DNA of 61,749 nt, counting the filler, from Basidioascus undulatus (Eukaryota): the NCBI GenBank assembly GCA_000826855.1. It is 9 parts of 9 records of this genome, joined end to end, with 100 filler letters (N's around TTAATTAATTAA, not from the genome) between each part and the next. Parts side by side here need not be neighbours in the genome. Positions count along the whole stretch, not along the records: positions 4,561 to 29,952 come from JTLS01000215.1; positions 30,053 to 34,511 come from JTLS01002150.1; positions 34,612 to 39,067 come from JTLS01002151.1; 6 more parts are not named here. One strand, written 5' to 3'. The notes beneath the pieces are model-generated. The model had not been told where the DNA came from. It worked only from the letters and a program-made list of their open reading frames with translations, and did not search any database. Shown in pieces: positions 23,788 through 37,637 of this stretch. Every line of letters starts with the position of its first letter. Position 1 is the stretch's first letter. Both the position numbers and the translations under genes were made by a program.

Positions 23788-26548
23788 ATGTCGCTACTTA
23801 CTGCTCCCTATCGCTGGCTCACGACGCCCTCCTGGTCGGAGAAGGCGGAGGCTAAGCGGCATCGGCGCGACGAGGCTCTCAAGGCCGGTCTTGCGCTTGT
23901 GCCGAAGGACGTGACGCTCGAGGAAGACTTGCCTTATTTGCGTGCTGGAGGTGAGCAGCGCGCCGGGAGCGAGCAGGACAAGACTCGGCTACTGACGTCT
24001 GACAAACACTCAGCCCGCGAGATCACCGACCGCATCGCAAACGGGCACTGGACCGTTCTGCGGGTGCTGGAGGTGCGCCTGCCGCTTGAGACTCGTTCAT
24101 GTCGGAAGTGACGCCCATTCCGTGAAAAGGCGTACATCCGAAGCTCAGCTCGCTCGCATGAGCAGACCAACTGCCTGACCGAAGGTTTGTGCACGCACTT
24201 CCAGCACGCCCAGCCCGGCCGACCTGCTCACAACATTGCTGCCGCGGCAGTGCTGTATACACAAGCGTTGGACGATGCTCGAGCACTGGACAAGCACTTC
24301 AAAGAGACTGGGAAGCTCAAAGGAGTGTGAGTTCTATAAGTTCCGCTCATTCGTCGATACCCAACCAAACGAGTTTCTCCCCAGTTTGCACGGCGTGCCG
24401 TTGAGTTTGAAGGACCAGCTGCAGGTATCGTAGGGCATACCTTGGCCTCTTCTGAACGACCAACTCTGAACGACCAACTGATGCTGCAAGCATCCGCGCA
24501 GGTCAAGGGGTTCGAGACCACGATGGGATTCACTGGACGCATCGGCAAGTTCGCGGACGAGGACGCTGCTGTACGCTACTTTCACAGCACTAGTCCAGAT
24601 GTCCACGGCTGATCTATGCAATACAGCTTGTCAAAATCATTCGCGCAGCTGGCGGCGTTCCGTTCGTTAAGACCAATCTGCCGCAGGTATGCTTTCATTT
24701 ACTCATGTTCATGTTGCGTGATCGCAAGCGCTGAGTAACCTCCTACCCAAGGCCGGACTGTCGTTCGAGTGCTCGAATCCGCTGTTCGGCTGCACCACAA
24801 ATCCGCGCAGCGACAAGCACACGGCGGGCGGATCGTCTGGCGGCGAGGCTGCTGTTCTCGCCATGGATGGTTCAGCTGCAGGAATCGGCTCCGACGTTGG
24901 AGGTCCGATCCCATCAAACAACCTGTCTCAGGCATACGTCGCTGATTATCTCTCTGACAGGGTCGCTTCGCATTCCTGCAAGCTATAGCGGTGTATACGC
25001 TTTGAAGCCTGGTTTTGGACGTTGGCCAGCGAAAGGAAGCGTCGGTAAGCTTTTGTGCCTCAGTACCCTTCCTCCGAGTCCATCAGCTGACGCTCTGCGG
25101 GCAGGCCTCGTGCCGGGGTACGAAGGCATCCGCTCTGTCTTTGGGCCTATGGGACGCTGTGTGGACGACCTCGAGCTTGTCGCACGCTCAATTCTCGGGA
25201 ACCCGCTCCATGCTTCTCTTTCGGAGTCGACGCTCATTCCGCTCGAATGGCGCGAGCCCGTGCTACCGAAGCGGGTGAAGTTCGGTTACTACAAAACCGG
25301 CGAGTGGAGTTCCTGTTCAGGATATTCTCCTTACTGATGTAGATGTCGTCCCTCCTTCAGACGGCTTTGCCACTGCTTCCCCGGCCTCTCAGCGCGCAGT
25401 ACAAGAAACTGTCGACGCTCTCCGCAAGCAAGGGCACGAGGTGGTCGCCATCGACCTGCCCGATGGTCAGTCTCATTGTTTCCGTACACCAAAGTCTTTG
25501 TTGACCCGCAATATCCTTCCAGTGAGCCGCGCGATGGAGATCTTTGTCGCTTTGAGCTCCTCCGAAGGCTATCGCACGCTGTTTGCTCACCTCGAAAACG
25601 ATCCTCTTGTGCGCGATGGTGTTCTCTCTGCTGCCATGCTTGTACTGAAGGCCACTTCACACCTACAGGAGCCGAGCTTGTTCCTCCTTTCCGTCACGCC
25701 CAAGATTCCTCGTACGACAGCGCTCACCTTAGCTCCCATGCATCCCTTCCGTGCGCTCTGCTGAAGTCGCACGAGCTTTGCAGCTCTCGTCCGCAACGTC
25801 ATCGGCTGGATGATCCGGACGTTCACGAAGCACCAGACCTTTGCCCGCCTCTTCGCGGCAGCTCGCCCGAAATCCGTGAGCGAGTACTGGCAGGCGACCA
25901 AGGCACGCACCGACTTTGCCGAAGAGTTCAGGGAGGCTGCGAGTCTTTCAATTCTCTGACAACCTACTTGGGATCTGATCGCTATTGATTATTCCGCAGA
26001 CATTCAAGAAGTACGAGCTGGACGCCCTCATCGGCCCGGTGAGCGCGCTACCGGCTGTTTACCATGGCGCTACCAAGAACCTCAGTGTGCTCGCGGCGGC
26101 GACGATCCTCTAGTGCGTGCTTTTGTGAACAGTCAAACGGCATGTCTGACACGTCTTACTTTGTTTCAGCAACGTCGTCGACTCTAGTGTGTCCAGATTT
26201 CCTAAATCTTTCGTGCTGTTGCCTGCGTTAATTACCCTCTCATCCGCAGCCGTCGGCGCGCTGCCCGTCACGGTCGTTGACCCTATCAAAGACGCCCTCA
26301 CGCCTGACTTCCTTGCGGCATGCAACGGCAGCTTAGGCGCCGCCGAAGCGCTGATGTACAAAGGCCCTGCAGCCGTCTACGATGCGGATCGGATGGCGGG
26401 TTTGCCGATCGGGGTGCAGCTCGTCGGACGCGGCCCCTTTGAGGAGGAGAGGGTGCTTGCGCTGATGAAGGTGGTCGACGCGGCGCTCGGTCCGAGGGAC
26501 TTTGCTCCAGGGGCGTGGACTGGACGCTCTATCCAGAAGGAGGCTTGA
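23788..26548 (+). CDS. Amidase-signature family hydrolase (acetamidase/FAAH-like)
   Basis: TNCLTE, LHGVPLSLKDQ, VKTNLPQ, NPLFG, GGSSGGE, GIGSDVG|GSLRIPA, GLPIGVQLVG. Confidence 0.93.
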
Positions 26549-26944
26549 GACCTTTCATTCGTATTTCTGATACCCATTATTCAATGATTGCAACGCGCCC
26601 TGTTTGGCCTGTGCATGCGCCGACAGACGCTTGCGCAGCAGAAAAAAATGTTTGCGCCGCGCCGCGACTTGACTACTAAGAGGATAGTGGCGCAGCGCGC
26701 CTGTGTAGGCAGTCCGGGATATGGAATAAGACGCGAAGAGTGGTAACAACTAGATCACAACAAGTGGCTGAATGACGAACGACGAAAGAATGTAACGGAA
26801 GATTAACCGATGACGAAAAGGATGAGAAAGGGTTCGAAAGCCCGCCCACGAAGACAAAGTCCAGAAAGGAAGGAAGGAGCGATGCAGACTAAGGTAAAAG
26901 GTGCAGGAGGAAATGCAAGAAGGTGTGGGAAAGAACAGAGTGGA

Positions 26945-29900
26945 TCAAGCGTTCCGTGGGTCGATTGGCCGCGGCTGGCGATCGTCCGGCCGCATGAAGG
27001 ATCCGGGTCGGGAAGCGGTGCGACCCGGCGAGCCGGGTGGCAGAGGGGGAGGGTAGTTGGGGATGTAGGAACGTCGGACGGGGGACCCAGGCATCGCGCT
27101 CGGGCCCATCGACCCGATCGGCGGGTGCGCGGAGTGGTGTGAGTGAGGTTGATGCGCGAGGCCCGGATGTTGAGGCGGCGCGAGCGGCGACGTCGGCCCT
27201 CCTGCCGGTCGCGTCTGCGATAGGCCGCTCCCGTTCGGGGGAAGCATCGCGCCGTTGCCGTACTGCGACCAGCTCATCGGGCGCTCACGCTCCTGCGGAC
27301 TCGGCGCGGCAGACGCGGGGCCGCCAAGGTTGCCGGTCGAGATGGTGGGACGCGGTGGGGGCGGACGCATGGACTGCATCGAGCCATTCACCAGGTCCTC
27401 CGCCTCGCGGGGCCGTTGTCCGGGGCCCGGCCGTCGACGAGCAATGATCGCGTCGCAGCGACGGAGAATGTCCTTTCGGGTGATCTCGCCGCTGGCTACC
27501 GAGAAGAGCTCCTGGTCCTGCAGGATGGGGAGGAGCTCCTCGGGCACCTATGATCGGTCGAAACGATTCAGCATGTCAGACGTTGGGAACTGCACAATGC
27601 GAATTGCGCACCGTGTAGTAGTCGTCCTGGTCCTCCAGCAGCTTCTGAACGACCTTGTTGGCCATCATGCTCTCGCCTCGCGCCGCTTGCCCTCCCTTCG
27701 CGTAGAGGATCGACGGCGCGATTGTAATGGCGAGGTTCTGAAGGTCCATCTTGGAGCCCGTCTCCTCGTCGATGTGCGAAAAGGACGCGACCCATTTGAG
27801 GAAGACGAAGAGGACCTCGAGCGTGTCGCGGTTCGGGCGCGGGAGGAGGGTGACGATAAGGTGCAGCAGACGCTTGCGCTGGACCGGGTTCGGCACGGCT
27901 GGGTACGATGGGTGAGCGCCCATTATCTGCGATACCGAGACGTAAAGAACGCACCTTGCGACTGGATGACGAGGCGATACAGCCTGAACGGTATCAGCGG
28001 ATCGGGCATCTCGCGCAAGAACTTCTTGAGCAGCGCGGCGAGCTGGACAGGGCTGTCCTCGCTGAAGTTGACGGACGACGGATCGCGGTCGAGCGTCTCG
28101 GACACCTCCTTGAGCCGCCGGATGTTGCCGTTCTTGCGGAAGATGCCCTCTATGGACATGTCTAGCCGAGGGAGAGCCCATCCATCAGTACGAACGCACG
28201 CCTCGCGCAGACAAAGCACCAACGCACCCATCTGCTTCATCGCCGAGATGACCTCGTCAATGAAGCTCGGCACGAGAAGGCGCCCCGGACTGGAGCCGAG
28301 GAGGGACTCCGTTCCCGAGCGCTCGACGAGCTGATCGATGGGGACGCCGAAGACGCCTGCAAATTGAGAACGCGCCGGTCAGAAACGCCAACATTCGATC
28401 CAAGCACGACGACCAAGGCCACAAATTTACCCTTCTTGACGTCCTTCTTCTTGTCCTTGCCGCCCTTGAAGAACTTGCCCCAGAACGTGTTCTTCTTGAT
28501 CTCGATCATGTCGAGGAGCTCCTCCATCTCGCAGAACTGGGCGAGGGGCGAGCGCTCGATGAGGTAGAGCGCAAAGTGCTTGACGATGACGGCCTCGAGG
28601 CTCGAGAGCTCGCTCATGAGGACGAGGTCGCTCGGCCGGCCGAGCGAGCGGCGCTGCTCGCGCGCCTGCTCGGCCTCCATCAGCTGCGGGATGTCGCCCA
28701 GCGTGATGCCCTCCTCGTCAACGTAGTCCGGTCCGCCCTCGGCGCTCTCGACCGGCGTGTCGGGCACGCCCTCCACCGTCGCGGGGTCGACCGTCCCCTC
28801 GTCGATTATGCGCACCGACGTGTTGTTGCGCGCGAATGGCGGACGGATGACAGCGGATGACAAGGGGGTAGTGGGCGTGACGGGGGGGCTGGACGAAGCG
28901 GAAGACGCCTCGCCTCGGGACGGAGGCGGCCCGAGCTGCGCGGCTGCGAGAGCAGGCGAAGCGCGGCTGTGCCCTTGTGGGCGCGGCGGAGCGTCGCTCG
29001 GCCTGCGGCCATTGGCCGCGTCTGCCGGCGTGGACGGTCGCCGCCCGCCAGACGCATCGCTGGGGACCGCTGACGGTCGTCGGCCAGTCGATACATCGCT
29101 GGGAGCCGCAGAAGGCCGCCTCGAGCCCGTGGCGGGCGCGGCGTGACGGGAATCGCCCTTGCCGACGGGGAGCGCTTCGGCCGGTTGTGCTGTCCGACCT
29201 GACGGACTCTCGACCACAGTCGACCGGCGCGGTAGTCGAGCGGTCGCGGACAGCTTGCGGTCGAGCTGCAGCGGCTTCATGCGCTTGATCTCGTTCGAGT
29301 CGCGGAAGCTCTCGAGCGACTCTGCCGTCGGCTCGGCAGCTGGAAGAACATCGCCTCGTCAGTGCCACCCCAGCCAGAGTAAGGTAACGGAAGAACACAC
29401 CAGGAGGCAACGAGACGACGCCTCGATCCCGCAGGACGGTGTACAGCCGGCAGAGCGCGACGTTGAGAAGGTACGCGTACTGCTCTAGGCGGGTAACGTG
29501 CTCGAAGCCCTGCCGAGCGCTCGCCGTCGCGCACTGCCCGCACAGCACGCGCCCGCGGTCCTTGCCCTCTCCTCGCTCGAACCAGAACTCGTGCAGTGGC
29601 ACCCGCGGCGGCGCGTCCGCGTCGTCTGGGGGATCAGGCGGCTGCTCGGGCTGGGGCGGGGCGGACGCGCCCGTGCCCGTGCCCGTGCCCGTGCCCGCGC
29701 CGCCGTCCGACTCGTCCTTCTTGTCCTTCTCGCGGTCTCGCTTCAGGCGGGGCGGGAGGACCGGGCGGCGACCGCACTCGGCGCACTTGAAGCACCCCGT
29801 CTTCCAGCGCGTCGTGACGCCGTAGCGGATGCAGTCCTCCTCGACAGTCGTCCTGCACGCGAAGCACAGGTCCGTCGGGCTCTCCTTCGCCGCGGCGCGT

Positions 29901-29952
29901 CCGAGGCCGAGCGGGCCGACGCCGCCGCCCGCCTCGCGCGAGAGGCTCTTGT
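26945..29952 (-). CDS. LIM-domain Rho GTPase-activating protein (Lrg1/Rga1-like), 5'-truncated
   Basis: LIM Cys pairs (CFAC..., CLKCAECG, CGQC), VTRLEQYAYLL, GVFGVP, EGIFRKNG (arginine finger), LLKKFLREMPDPL, SKMDLQNLAITIAPSIL. Confidence 0.92.
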
Positions 29953-30052
29953 NNNNNNNNNNNNNNNNNNNNNNNNNNNNNNNNNNNNNNNNNNNNTTAA
30001 TTAATTAANNNNNNNNNNNNNNNNNNNNNNNNNNNNNNNNNNNNNNNNNNNN
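29953..30052. other. Artificial contig spacer
   Basis: N44-TTAATTAATTAA-N44. Confidence 0.99.
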
Positions 30053-30119
30053 CTTTCCCCGCCACGAACGTACCCTGCGAGGACATGATCGCTGACGGTG
30101 GCGGTTGCGCCCGTCGCAG

Positions 30120-31256
30120 AGGACCCGAACGACCTCACCGACCTCGTCTCGCAGCTGCCGCAGCCGTCTTCGCTCGCCGGCTTCCGCCTGACCCCCGTCG
30201 AGTTTGAGAAGGACGACGACACGAACCACCACATCGACTTCATCACCGCCGCGTCCAACCTCCGCGCGCTCAATTATGGCATCCAGCCCGCCGACCGGCA
30301 CAAGACGAAGCAGATCGCGGGCAAGATCATCCCCGCCATCGCGACCACCACGTCGCTTGCCGTTGGCCTGGTGTGCTTGGAGCTGTACAAGGTGCGTCTG
30401 CGTAGCTGGCGGGTCTATGTATGCGCCCGTACTGATGGGGTGTCTACGATGTGAATGGCAGATCATCGGCGGCAAGGATAAGCTCGAGGACTACAAGAAC
30501 GGCTTCGTCAACCTTGCGCTGCCGTTCTTCGGCTTCTCCGAGCCGATCGCGGCGCCCAGGAGCAAGGTGCGTCGTGTCTCGCAGATGATGCCTTCTCGAG
30601 CATCGGAGCTGATAGCAAGGCTCTTTCGATGCAGTACGGCGAGACGGAGTGGACGCTTTGGGACCGCTTCGAGGTCTCGGGCAACCCGACGCTCCAGGAG
30701 TTCATCGACTACTTCAAGAACGAGCACGGCCTCGAGGTGTCGATGGTGTCCCAGGGCGTCTCGATGCTCTACAGCTTCTTCGTGCGTCATCCCTTGCAAT
30801 TCTAGGTGTATGAGGCCTCGTTCGGTGGAGACGCTGACGACGTGTTGCACCCACAGATGCCCCCCAAGAAGGCGAAGGAGAGGCTGGCTATGAAGTTCAC
30901 GGACCTGGTCGAGTCGGTGTCCAGTGCGTTTGCAGCTCGCGTTGCGTTCAGCCGGTCGTCGTATTCTGCTGCTCACCGCTGCTGTTCATGTTTTCCCTTG
31001 CAGAGAAGCCTGTCCCGCCGCACCAGAAGCGGTTGCTGGTCGAGATTATGTGCAACGATGCCGTGCGTTTTTTCAAGCTGATACCCAGATCCGAAGCGCT
31101 GACGGACTCCTTTCGCTGGTTGTTGTTGACTTGTGCAGGAGGGCGAGGACGTCGAGGTTCGTAATATCTCTTACAATGATCCTGGATGTTGTTTACGGGT
31201 TACTGACCAAATGTCTGTGCGCATTTCAGGTTCCATTTGTGGTTGTGTCTGTTTGA
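30120..31256 (+). CDS. UBA1: Ubiquitin-activating enzyme E1, C-terminal part (5'-truncated)
   Basis: [71 protein letters not shown]. Confidence 0.96.
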
Positions 31257-31897
31257 ATGTAGACGTGCTCGTGGGGGACGTGCCCCAGCGGGACTCGATT
31301 GATGAACTGAACTTGATGAAGACTGCCTGAAGTTTGCTTCGCTGGCGGGGCCTTGGCGTAATGGGTGTACACATCCAATTTCAATATCTTGCCGTCGAAC
31401 TGCCGCTTGAAGCTATTGTACAAAGCCCCCTCGTTAGATGACCAACGTTTCGCCTCGCTGCAGCCAACGTTGAGGTCAAACTCCTCCAGCCGAGTACAGT
31501 CGGTAACTGGATGTGTGCGTGTGTGTGAACCAGGTCTTCTCGAGTTCGCTATTCGAGAGCGCAGCCAAGCAAAGGTTAAGGGAACTGCATTCGCGCACGC
31601 AAGGTGTCATCATGACCTCACAACGTCGCGCATTCTCCGCTGTTGGCGATGCGAACTACCCTACGATGCTGAAGACTGCTTTCAGTGTCACGAGCGGTAC
31701 ATGCATTGCAGGATGTGAATCGATCGACGCGGCCGGAAGTGTATGACTTATAGCCGCTTCCAAGCGGTCAGCCAAGTCCGTCGCATCTTCTCATGCTCGC
31801 TCTCCGGCGCACTCTTGTACTCCTTCCGTCACCTCTCGTACCTTCAACGCCGTGCTTTCCAAACCGCTTCATAAAGAGCATATATCCCCAGCGGACC

Positions 31898-33499
31898 ATG
31901 TCCGGCCTTACTGCTCTCGTCAACAATCGCTACAAGCTGGAGGAGATTCCCGATCTCACGGGCAAGACAGCACTCGTCACCGGCGGCAGTGGTGGTTCGA
32001 AGTCCTTTGCTCGACTTTAGATCCGAAGTTACTGAAGGTCCTTTTTACAGCCGGGATTGGCTATCACATTTCTCTTGCTCTGGCTCTACGCAACGCGAAG
32101 GTCATTCTCGTCGCGGCCAAGGATGAGCACGGGGAGAAGGTCGCTCAAAGCATCAACCAGATTCTCCAGGCAAACGACGTCCAAGGGTCCGTTGTCTTGA
32201 TCATCAATTTCCTTGGTTCCATTCCGCTAACAAGCCTTGACTCGTAGGTCTTTGCGTTGGAAGGCTGTGGACTTCGGGTACGCTGTGTCGAGTGGCAGAA
32301 GCCCTTTCCGCTGCTGAAGATGCGCATCGCAGGTCACTGAAAGAAGTGGACACACTTGCGAAGGAGATTCTTCACGAGGAGCCTCGACTTGACGTTCGTA
32401 TACTTCACTCCATGCGTTGAGGCGCTAAGAGTTCCACTAATATATCTTTGCGAGTTGTACAGTTGCTCATCAATAACGCGGGGTTGGGGGTGTCCCCTTG
32501 GGGTTTGACGAAGGATTCGATCGGCAACCATTTCCAGGTACGCAAATTATGGAAGCCAGTCGCGAGGTGCCAAAATTTATTATGCTACTTCTTCCTCAGG
32601 TCAACAACCTTGGTAGTTCTTGCGATCAATCTGGCGATAGCCAGTGGCGCTGACTTCATGCCCGCTGCACAGCTCACTTCGTCCTCACCAATCGCCTTTT
32701 CCCTCTTCTCGCTCAGACCGCAGAGGATAAAGTAATATTGTTTGAGGAACCTTTCTTGCCGGCAGTAGTTGACTTCTCACGCCATGGCTTGGCAGTCAAC
32801 GCCGCCCGGCACCGTCCGCATCGTCAACCAGAGCAGCGAGCTGCATCGCGCCGCTCCCAGCGACACTGCTTTCAAGAGCAAGCAAGAACTTGCCGAAGAG
32901 CGGGACCCCAATATTCTGTATGATTTTGTTCAAATTTCCCGCGGCGTTTCTCAGCTGATGCAAGCGATCTCGAAGCTACGCTCGCTCTAAGCTCGGGATC
33001 ATTCTTCTTACCAACGAGCTCAACAAGCGCAAGCTCTCATACAATCCGCACAACATACTCAGTTGTGTGGTTTTGTCTCTGAATCCTCAACCTGAATCCA
33101 AAATGACGCAGTCCACTACAGCGATTTCTACTCACCCTGGAGTTGTCTCCACGGATCAACAGAAAGGTTTCACGGAGCATGGCGTCCTTGGAAAGCTGTT
33201 GGAGCCCCTCGTCCGCGCCGTGGCCAAGACGCCCGCCCAAGGCGTCGAAACGGCGCTGTGGGCCGCGACAGACCATGCGATCGCTGTTGAACCGGAGAAG
33301 TATCAGGTAACACTTGCTCTTGTCGCTGGCAAGTGCGAAAAGTACTGACACACTCGGTAATTAGTGCAAATACTTCACAGAGCCTCGTGGAAAGCCCGAC
33401 AACGAGTCGTCTCAGGCGAAAGACCCCGCGCTTGCGAGTCAATTCTGGGAGCTGTGCGACAGACTGAGCGAGGAGTTGCTGGGGGAGAAGGTTGCGTGA
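31898..33499 (+). CDS. Short-chain dehydrogenase/reductase (retinol dehydrogenase-like)
   Basis: Spliced TGGSAGIG, LINNAG, FQVNNLAHF, RIVNQSSELH, YARSK, HPGVVST, GVETALWAAT. Confidence 0.9.
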
Positions 33500-34511
33500 G
33501 GTGCGCGGGTTAAATAGTTGAAGAATCTATGATCTGAGCTTGTGAGCTCGCCTAGAAAGACCGATCAACTGTGCCATACTCACTCCGCCGGCCACGCATG
33601 CATACAATAGAAGAGGTGCCAGCAGGTGCATCCGAGTAGGCGACCTCATTCCCAAGGCATGCAACCGTAGCAAGTGACAACGATTAAAGCGAGTGCAAGG
33701 CGCAGAATTTTATTTGGACCAGAGAGGGAGCGAAGAGGACAGCAGAAACGGGGCGTGAAGGGTGCGCACGTTTGGAGACGTCGATCTACGTGAGACGTTT
33801 GCAATAGTCCTGTTTAAAGAGCGCACAGTCAAGTTAGGACGGCCTGGTTGAGCAGTCTTTTGATTCATTGACGTAGTTTCCCTCAGGGTAAAGGGCTAGA
33901 CGATTGGATGTTCTAAGGGTCAGCTATAGGCATCGAATGGACAACGCGGAAGCACGTACCCCAATGCGGGAAGTCAACCGATTTCCCACTTCCCCCCGAG
34001 ACGGCAACTGTTGTACTCAGAGACATTGAGCTCTTCGTATCGCTAAACCATTTTGAGGTGTAAATTACAAGTGGAAACGAAGACCATGACTTGACAGCCA
34101 CCATCCAATGCCGCTGCAAGGAGATACTGTGGCAGTGTCTCAGTTAAGCTCTGTATTCGCCTGAATCTAAAGGAAGAACAAACGTTGCATTTCCGGAAGA
34201 ATGTGGACTTGTAACGCTGAGGCAGAACTGACTGAAAGGGCCAATCTGGGAACCAACGCAGGTCAGCAGGCGCAAGGGCTGTCTCACGAGCTGCAACGCA
34301 CGACGTAGCCCATCTGTTCAACGTCTCTTTGTCAGTATTCCAATCGAGCCATATTCAACCTCCAAGATTTACGAAGACCGTACTATTGATCCTTTCTGAG
34401 AGATATCTAAGGCACCCTGTCTCAACGGGTCAGCCGTCCAGAAACCGTACTGTGAGACTTCGTACAAGGTAGCCACCAAAGGGTAGAAAAGTAGGATTTC
34501 CAAGTCAAACA

Positions 34512-34611
34512 NNNNNNNNNNNNNNNNNNNNNNNNNNNNNNNNNNNNNNNNNNNNTTAATTAATTAANNNNNNNNNNNNNNNNNNNNNNNNNNNNNNNNN
34601 NNNNNNNNNNN
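34512..34611. other. Artificial contig spacer
   Basis: N44-TTAATTAATTAA-N44. Confidence 0.99.
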
Positions 34612-36447
34612 GATTATGGAGACTGACTGAGCGGGACTTGTGGGGGGGAACACAGTTGAAGAAGACCCACAAACAGGAAGTCGAGGCGCTGCTGGAAGAG
34701 CGGATGGCGAGGTTGGAGCGTGCGCTGCTGGTTCCTTCTTCATCATCTCTCAACGCGACTCACCCGACCTCTCCCGCTTGTTGCAAAACCAGAACTCAAG
34801 ACGGGCAAATCCGTCCTGGACGTACGTCCTCCTCCCCTCTTCTCCCTGCTGCGACCTTCGGTTTTGGAGCTTATCTTCGCACTCTCTTGCCCTCCTCCCC
34901 CCTCCGCCCCGCAGCGCGAGCGCACGGTGACGAGGAACGCGATGGCGAATGGGGCGACTGCGTGATCTCACCCCCGCTCCCGCTCCTCTCCTCCTCTCCC
35001 CGTTCCCACCGTCACGACTCACGATCACACTACGCTCTTTCACTCTTTCTTACTTTTCTCCATCCACTAGTATATACCCCACATTCCTTGATTATTTTCC
35101 TAATGCTGCAAGGTCGATTCGACCCTTGGAAACGCATAATCGCTACGCTCCCTTGTCCTTGCTCTTGCTCTTCTTTATTTGGGTCCAGATGTAGTGCTGA
35201 ATAGCTTGAAAGGGCGGTCTTGAATCTTTATTGAATAATTGGATTGCGGTACTTTGTTACGTTGTCAAGCCTCTGTGCCGCAGGACTGCAGCCGCGAACA
35301 GAAAGACTCAGCAGCGCCTTGCGCACGCGATAGTATCCTGCATCGGATTCTGCCAAGCAAGGGGGCGGCAGGGAACCGCGTCTGTTTCTGCATCTGCTGG
35401 AGTGGCTTTATGAAGGGATGAACAATAGTGTACGAATGAGACGATTCTGCTGGAACGCACTGCAAGCTGCAATAAATCTGAACGTGCTCGTCGCGGCAGC
35501 AGAGTGCGCGTAAGACCTGATACTGACTGTCTTCCACCTGTGATTGAAAATACTCCTTCCCACCCTCGAAGCTCCAGACAGGGGGGAGCGGCCAGTTTTC
35601 ATGCGATGGTGACAGCGGGAGAAATTGCTCGCAGTCCCAGGACGAAGGGGAACTGCCACCGCACAGCTTCGCCAACGGCCGTAAACAATCCCCGAGACCG
35701 AGAGAGCAAGAGTAATAGTAGGTAAAAGATTGCCTGGGGTGTTTGAAGAGTTTCGTAAACGGGGATGAAGCGTGCATGCGAGGATGACTATGGCGATGAG
35801 CTGATGTCTACTGCATCTAGCTGAAACGCCTCGTGTCGGAAACGCAGCAACATCGATAAAAGTGTACCTATCGAACTCCCCACATCTTCTTTTTCGCAGT
35901 CGAGGACCGGGCTTTGGGAGAGGAGATCTGGTGAGAACGATATGGAACGACGCAGCAAGACGAAGAGCCGCAGCTCTAGCTGCCACACCCCTGCCATCGA
36001 CGGGCCTTCGCGAAATTGGACAGTCCCCAGTTTCTAAGAGGCCTTTTTGTGCCGTGGACCAAAGAAGGCAGGGTACGAGTACGCCCACTGAAAGGAGGCC
36101 GTAGCGGCGCCTGCTGGGAAGAGGAGGGAATAAGAAAGAAGACATCTACGCAAGTAGCAACAGCGCTACACTCTTCCAGAAAGGGACGAGAGTGGCGAGA
36201 AAGCAGAAAGTGGAGAAAGCTCGAAGTGGCCGCTTATTCAAAAAACTGGCAACAAAGTAACTTGAGTGGACAAAATGGGCGCGATGAACATAGTCTGGCG
36301 TGGGCGGCTGAAATCCGACGCTCCGTCTCACGCTCCGTCTCAGAGGGATCAACCAAGGAATTATAGCGTAGCCTCGCATGACAGTCACCGACGTATCTGT
36401 GCAAGCGGAATACAATGTGCACGCAGCCGGGAGTCTGCACATTCCTC

Positions 36448-37198
36448 TCAGGAGCCGGGCAGCAGCGAGGCCGAGTGTCGGTGAGGGCGTCGCCGACGGA
36501 TGGAGCCGTCAAGGGGAGAAGGGAGTTTGAGAGTGGTAGAAGGGGTATACGGGGGAGGAGGTGGTAATGATGATGGAGTGGGCGGAAGTGACTCGGACAG
36601 AGAACTCGAGTGTGGGGGGATGGCAGTGTGCCGAGACGCGAGGGGTCGCACACGTCGCACCCGGTGGGGGTCGCCGCGCTGGCGGTCGCGTCGGATAGCA
36701 GCGCCTGAAGGGAAGAAGTTCCTGCTTGAGTACGGCATCAATGGGCTAGTAAGAAGAGGTTGACCATGGCGTGCGTCCGCCTCGTTCCGCTGTTGGATCG
36801 AGCTCAAGTGAGTGTCGGCGAAGTAGCGCAGGCGGCGTAGGACGTCCTCGTCCGTCTTGGCCGTCCCTTGCGCCTTCTCGAAACGGAAGTAGGCTTCTCT
36901 GGCAAAGTACAATCCTTGTTTCCCCACCCCTAAAAGGTCCTTGTCAGTCCAGCCCCGGCGCCAACCAACAGACCAGCAACTCACCTAGCACCTCCGCGTT
37001 CCGCACCAGGATCCTGTAAAACATACTCTCGTACGTGACGCCATCTTTTCGAATCCAGCCGTCGTCCAGGATCTTTTCAGCGAGCGTACAGTCCGCGTCG
37101 TACGCGGACAGGTACGGAGACGGGCGAGAAGAGGTGCTCGAGCTCGAGGGACAAAATGGGTTCAGGGTGGCGGAGGTGGAGGGTTGAGAAGTTTCCAT
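36448..37198 (-). CDS. Hypothetical protein
   Basis: ATG at 37198. ORF pieces join through a phase-compatible GTGAGT...AAG intron (EVL G|G LYFAREAYFRFEKAQG). Coding-like codon usage; no family recognised. Confidence 0.5.
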
Positions 37199-37637
37199 AT
37201 AGCGTTGGCACTAGGGAAGGGGGGATGAGGCGGAGGGTGAGTGCAGCAGATATGATGAGGACGGTTGCCAGTGAGCGAGGTGACCGTGAAGAACAACTGG
37301 AGCTACGCTGGTCTTTCCGCACGCGAAGCGATTCATGAATGTTCCGAGTCTCAAACAAGTTGTTGTTCGCATCCGAGGCAAAGACATGTGGTTTGAGACG
37401 TCGACAGGTTGAAAGCCCGCGCACCTGATAAACACTCGCAGAGACTTGTTTGGCGCTCCGGCAGTGAATGCACTCCGAGTGCAATTTGGCTTACTCGCGA
37501 CCCCGACGCGTCGGCGCCGCCCCTTCGACGTCCACAGCGCTTTTCTTCGGTGCCACCCGCCTACAACACCCACAAATCCGCATTGCTTCGATTCGAAAGA
37601 GGGACCCACCATTCGTCGAAGTGGGCGAGTATTCACG

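Noticed and set aside
13046..26548. Cutinase + phosphatase + amidase as a catabolic gene cluster
   Set aside because: They are interrupted by housekeeping IPI3, and no shared pathway, transporter or regulator is evident.
33800..34511. Possible decayed gene or mobile element at the contig end
   Set aside because: No recognisable motif in the frames I examined.
34940..34970. GEWGDCVIS resembling a pheromone CaaX ending
   Set aside because: It is not followed by a stop codon and there is no repeated pheromone unit. The region looks like the 3' fragment of an unidentified gene.
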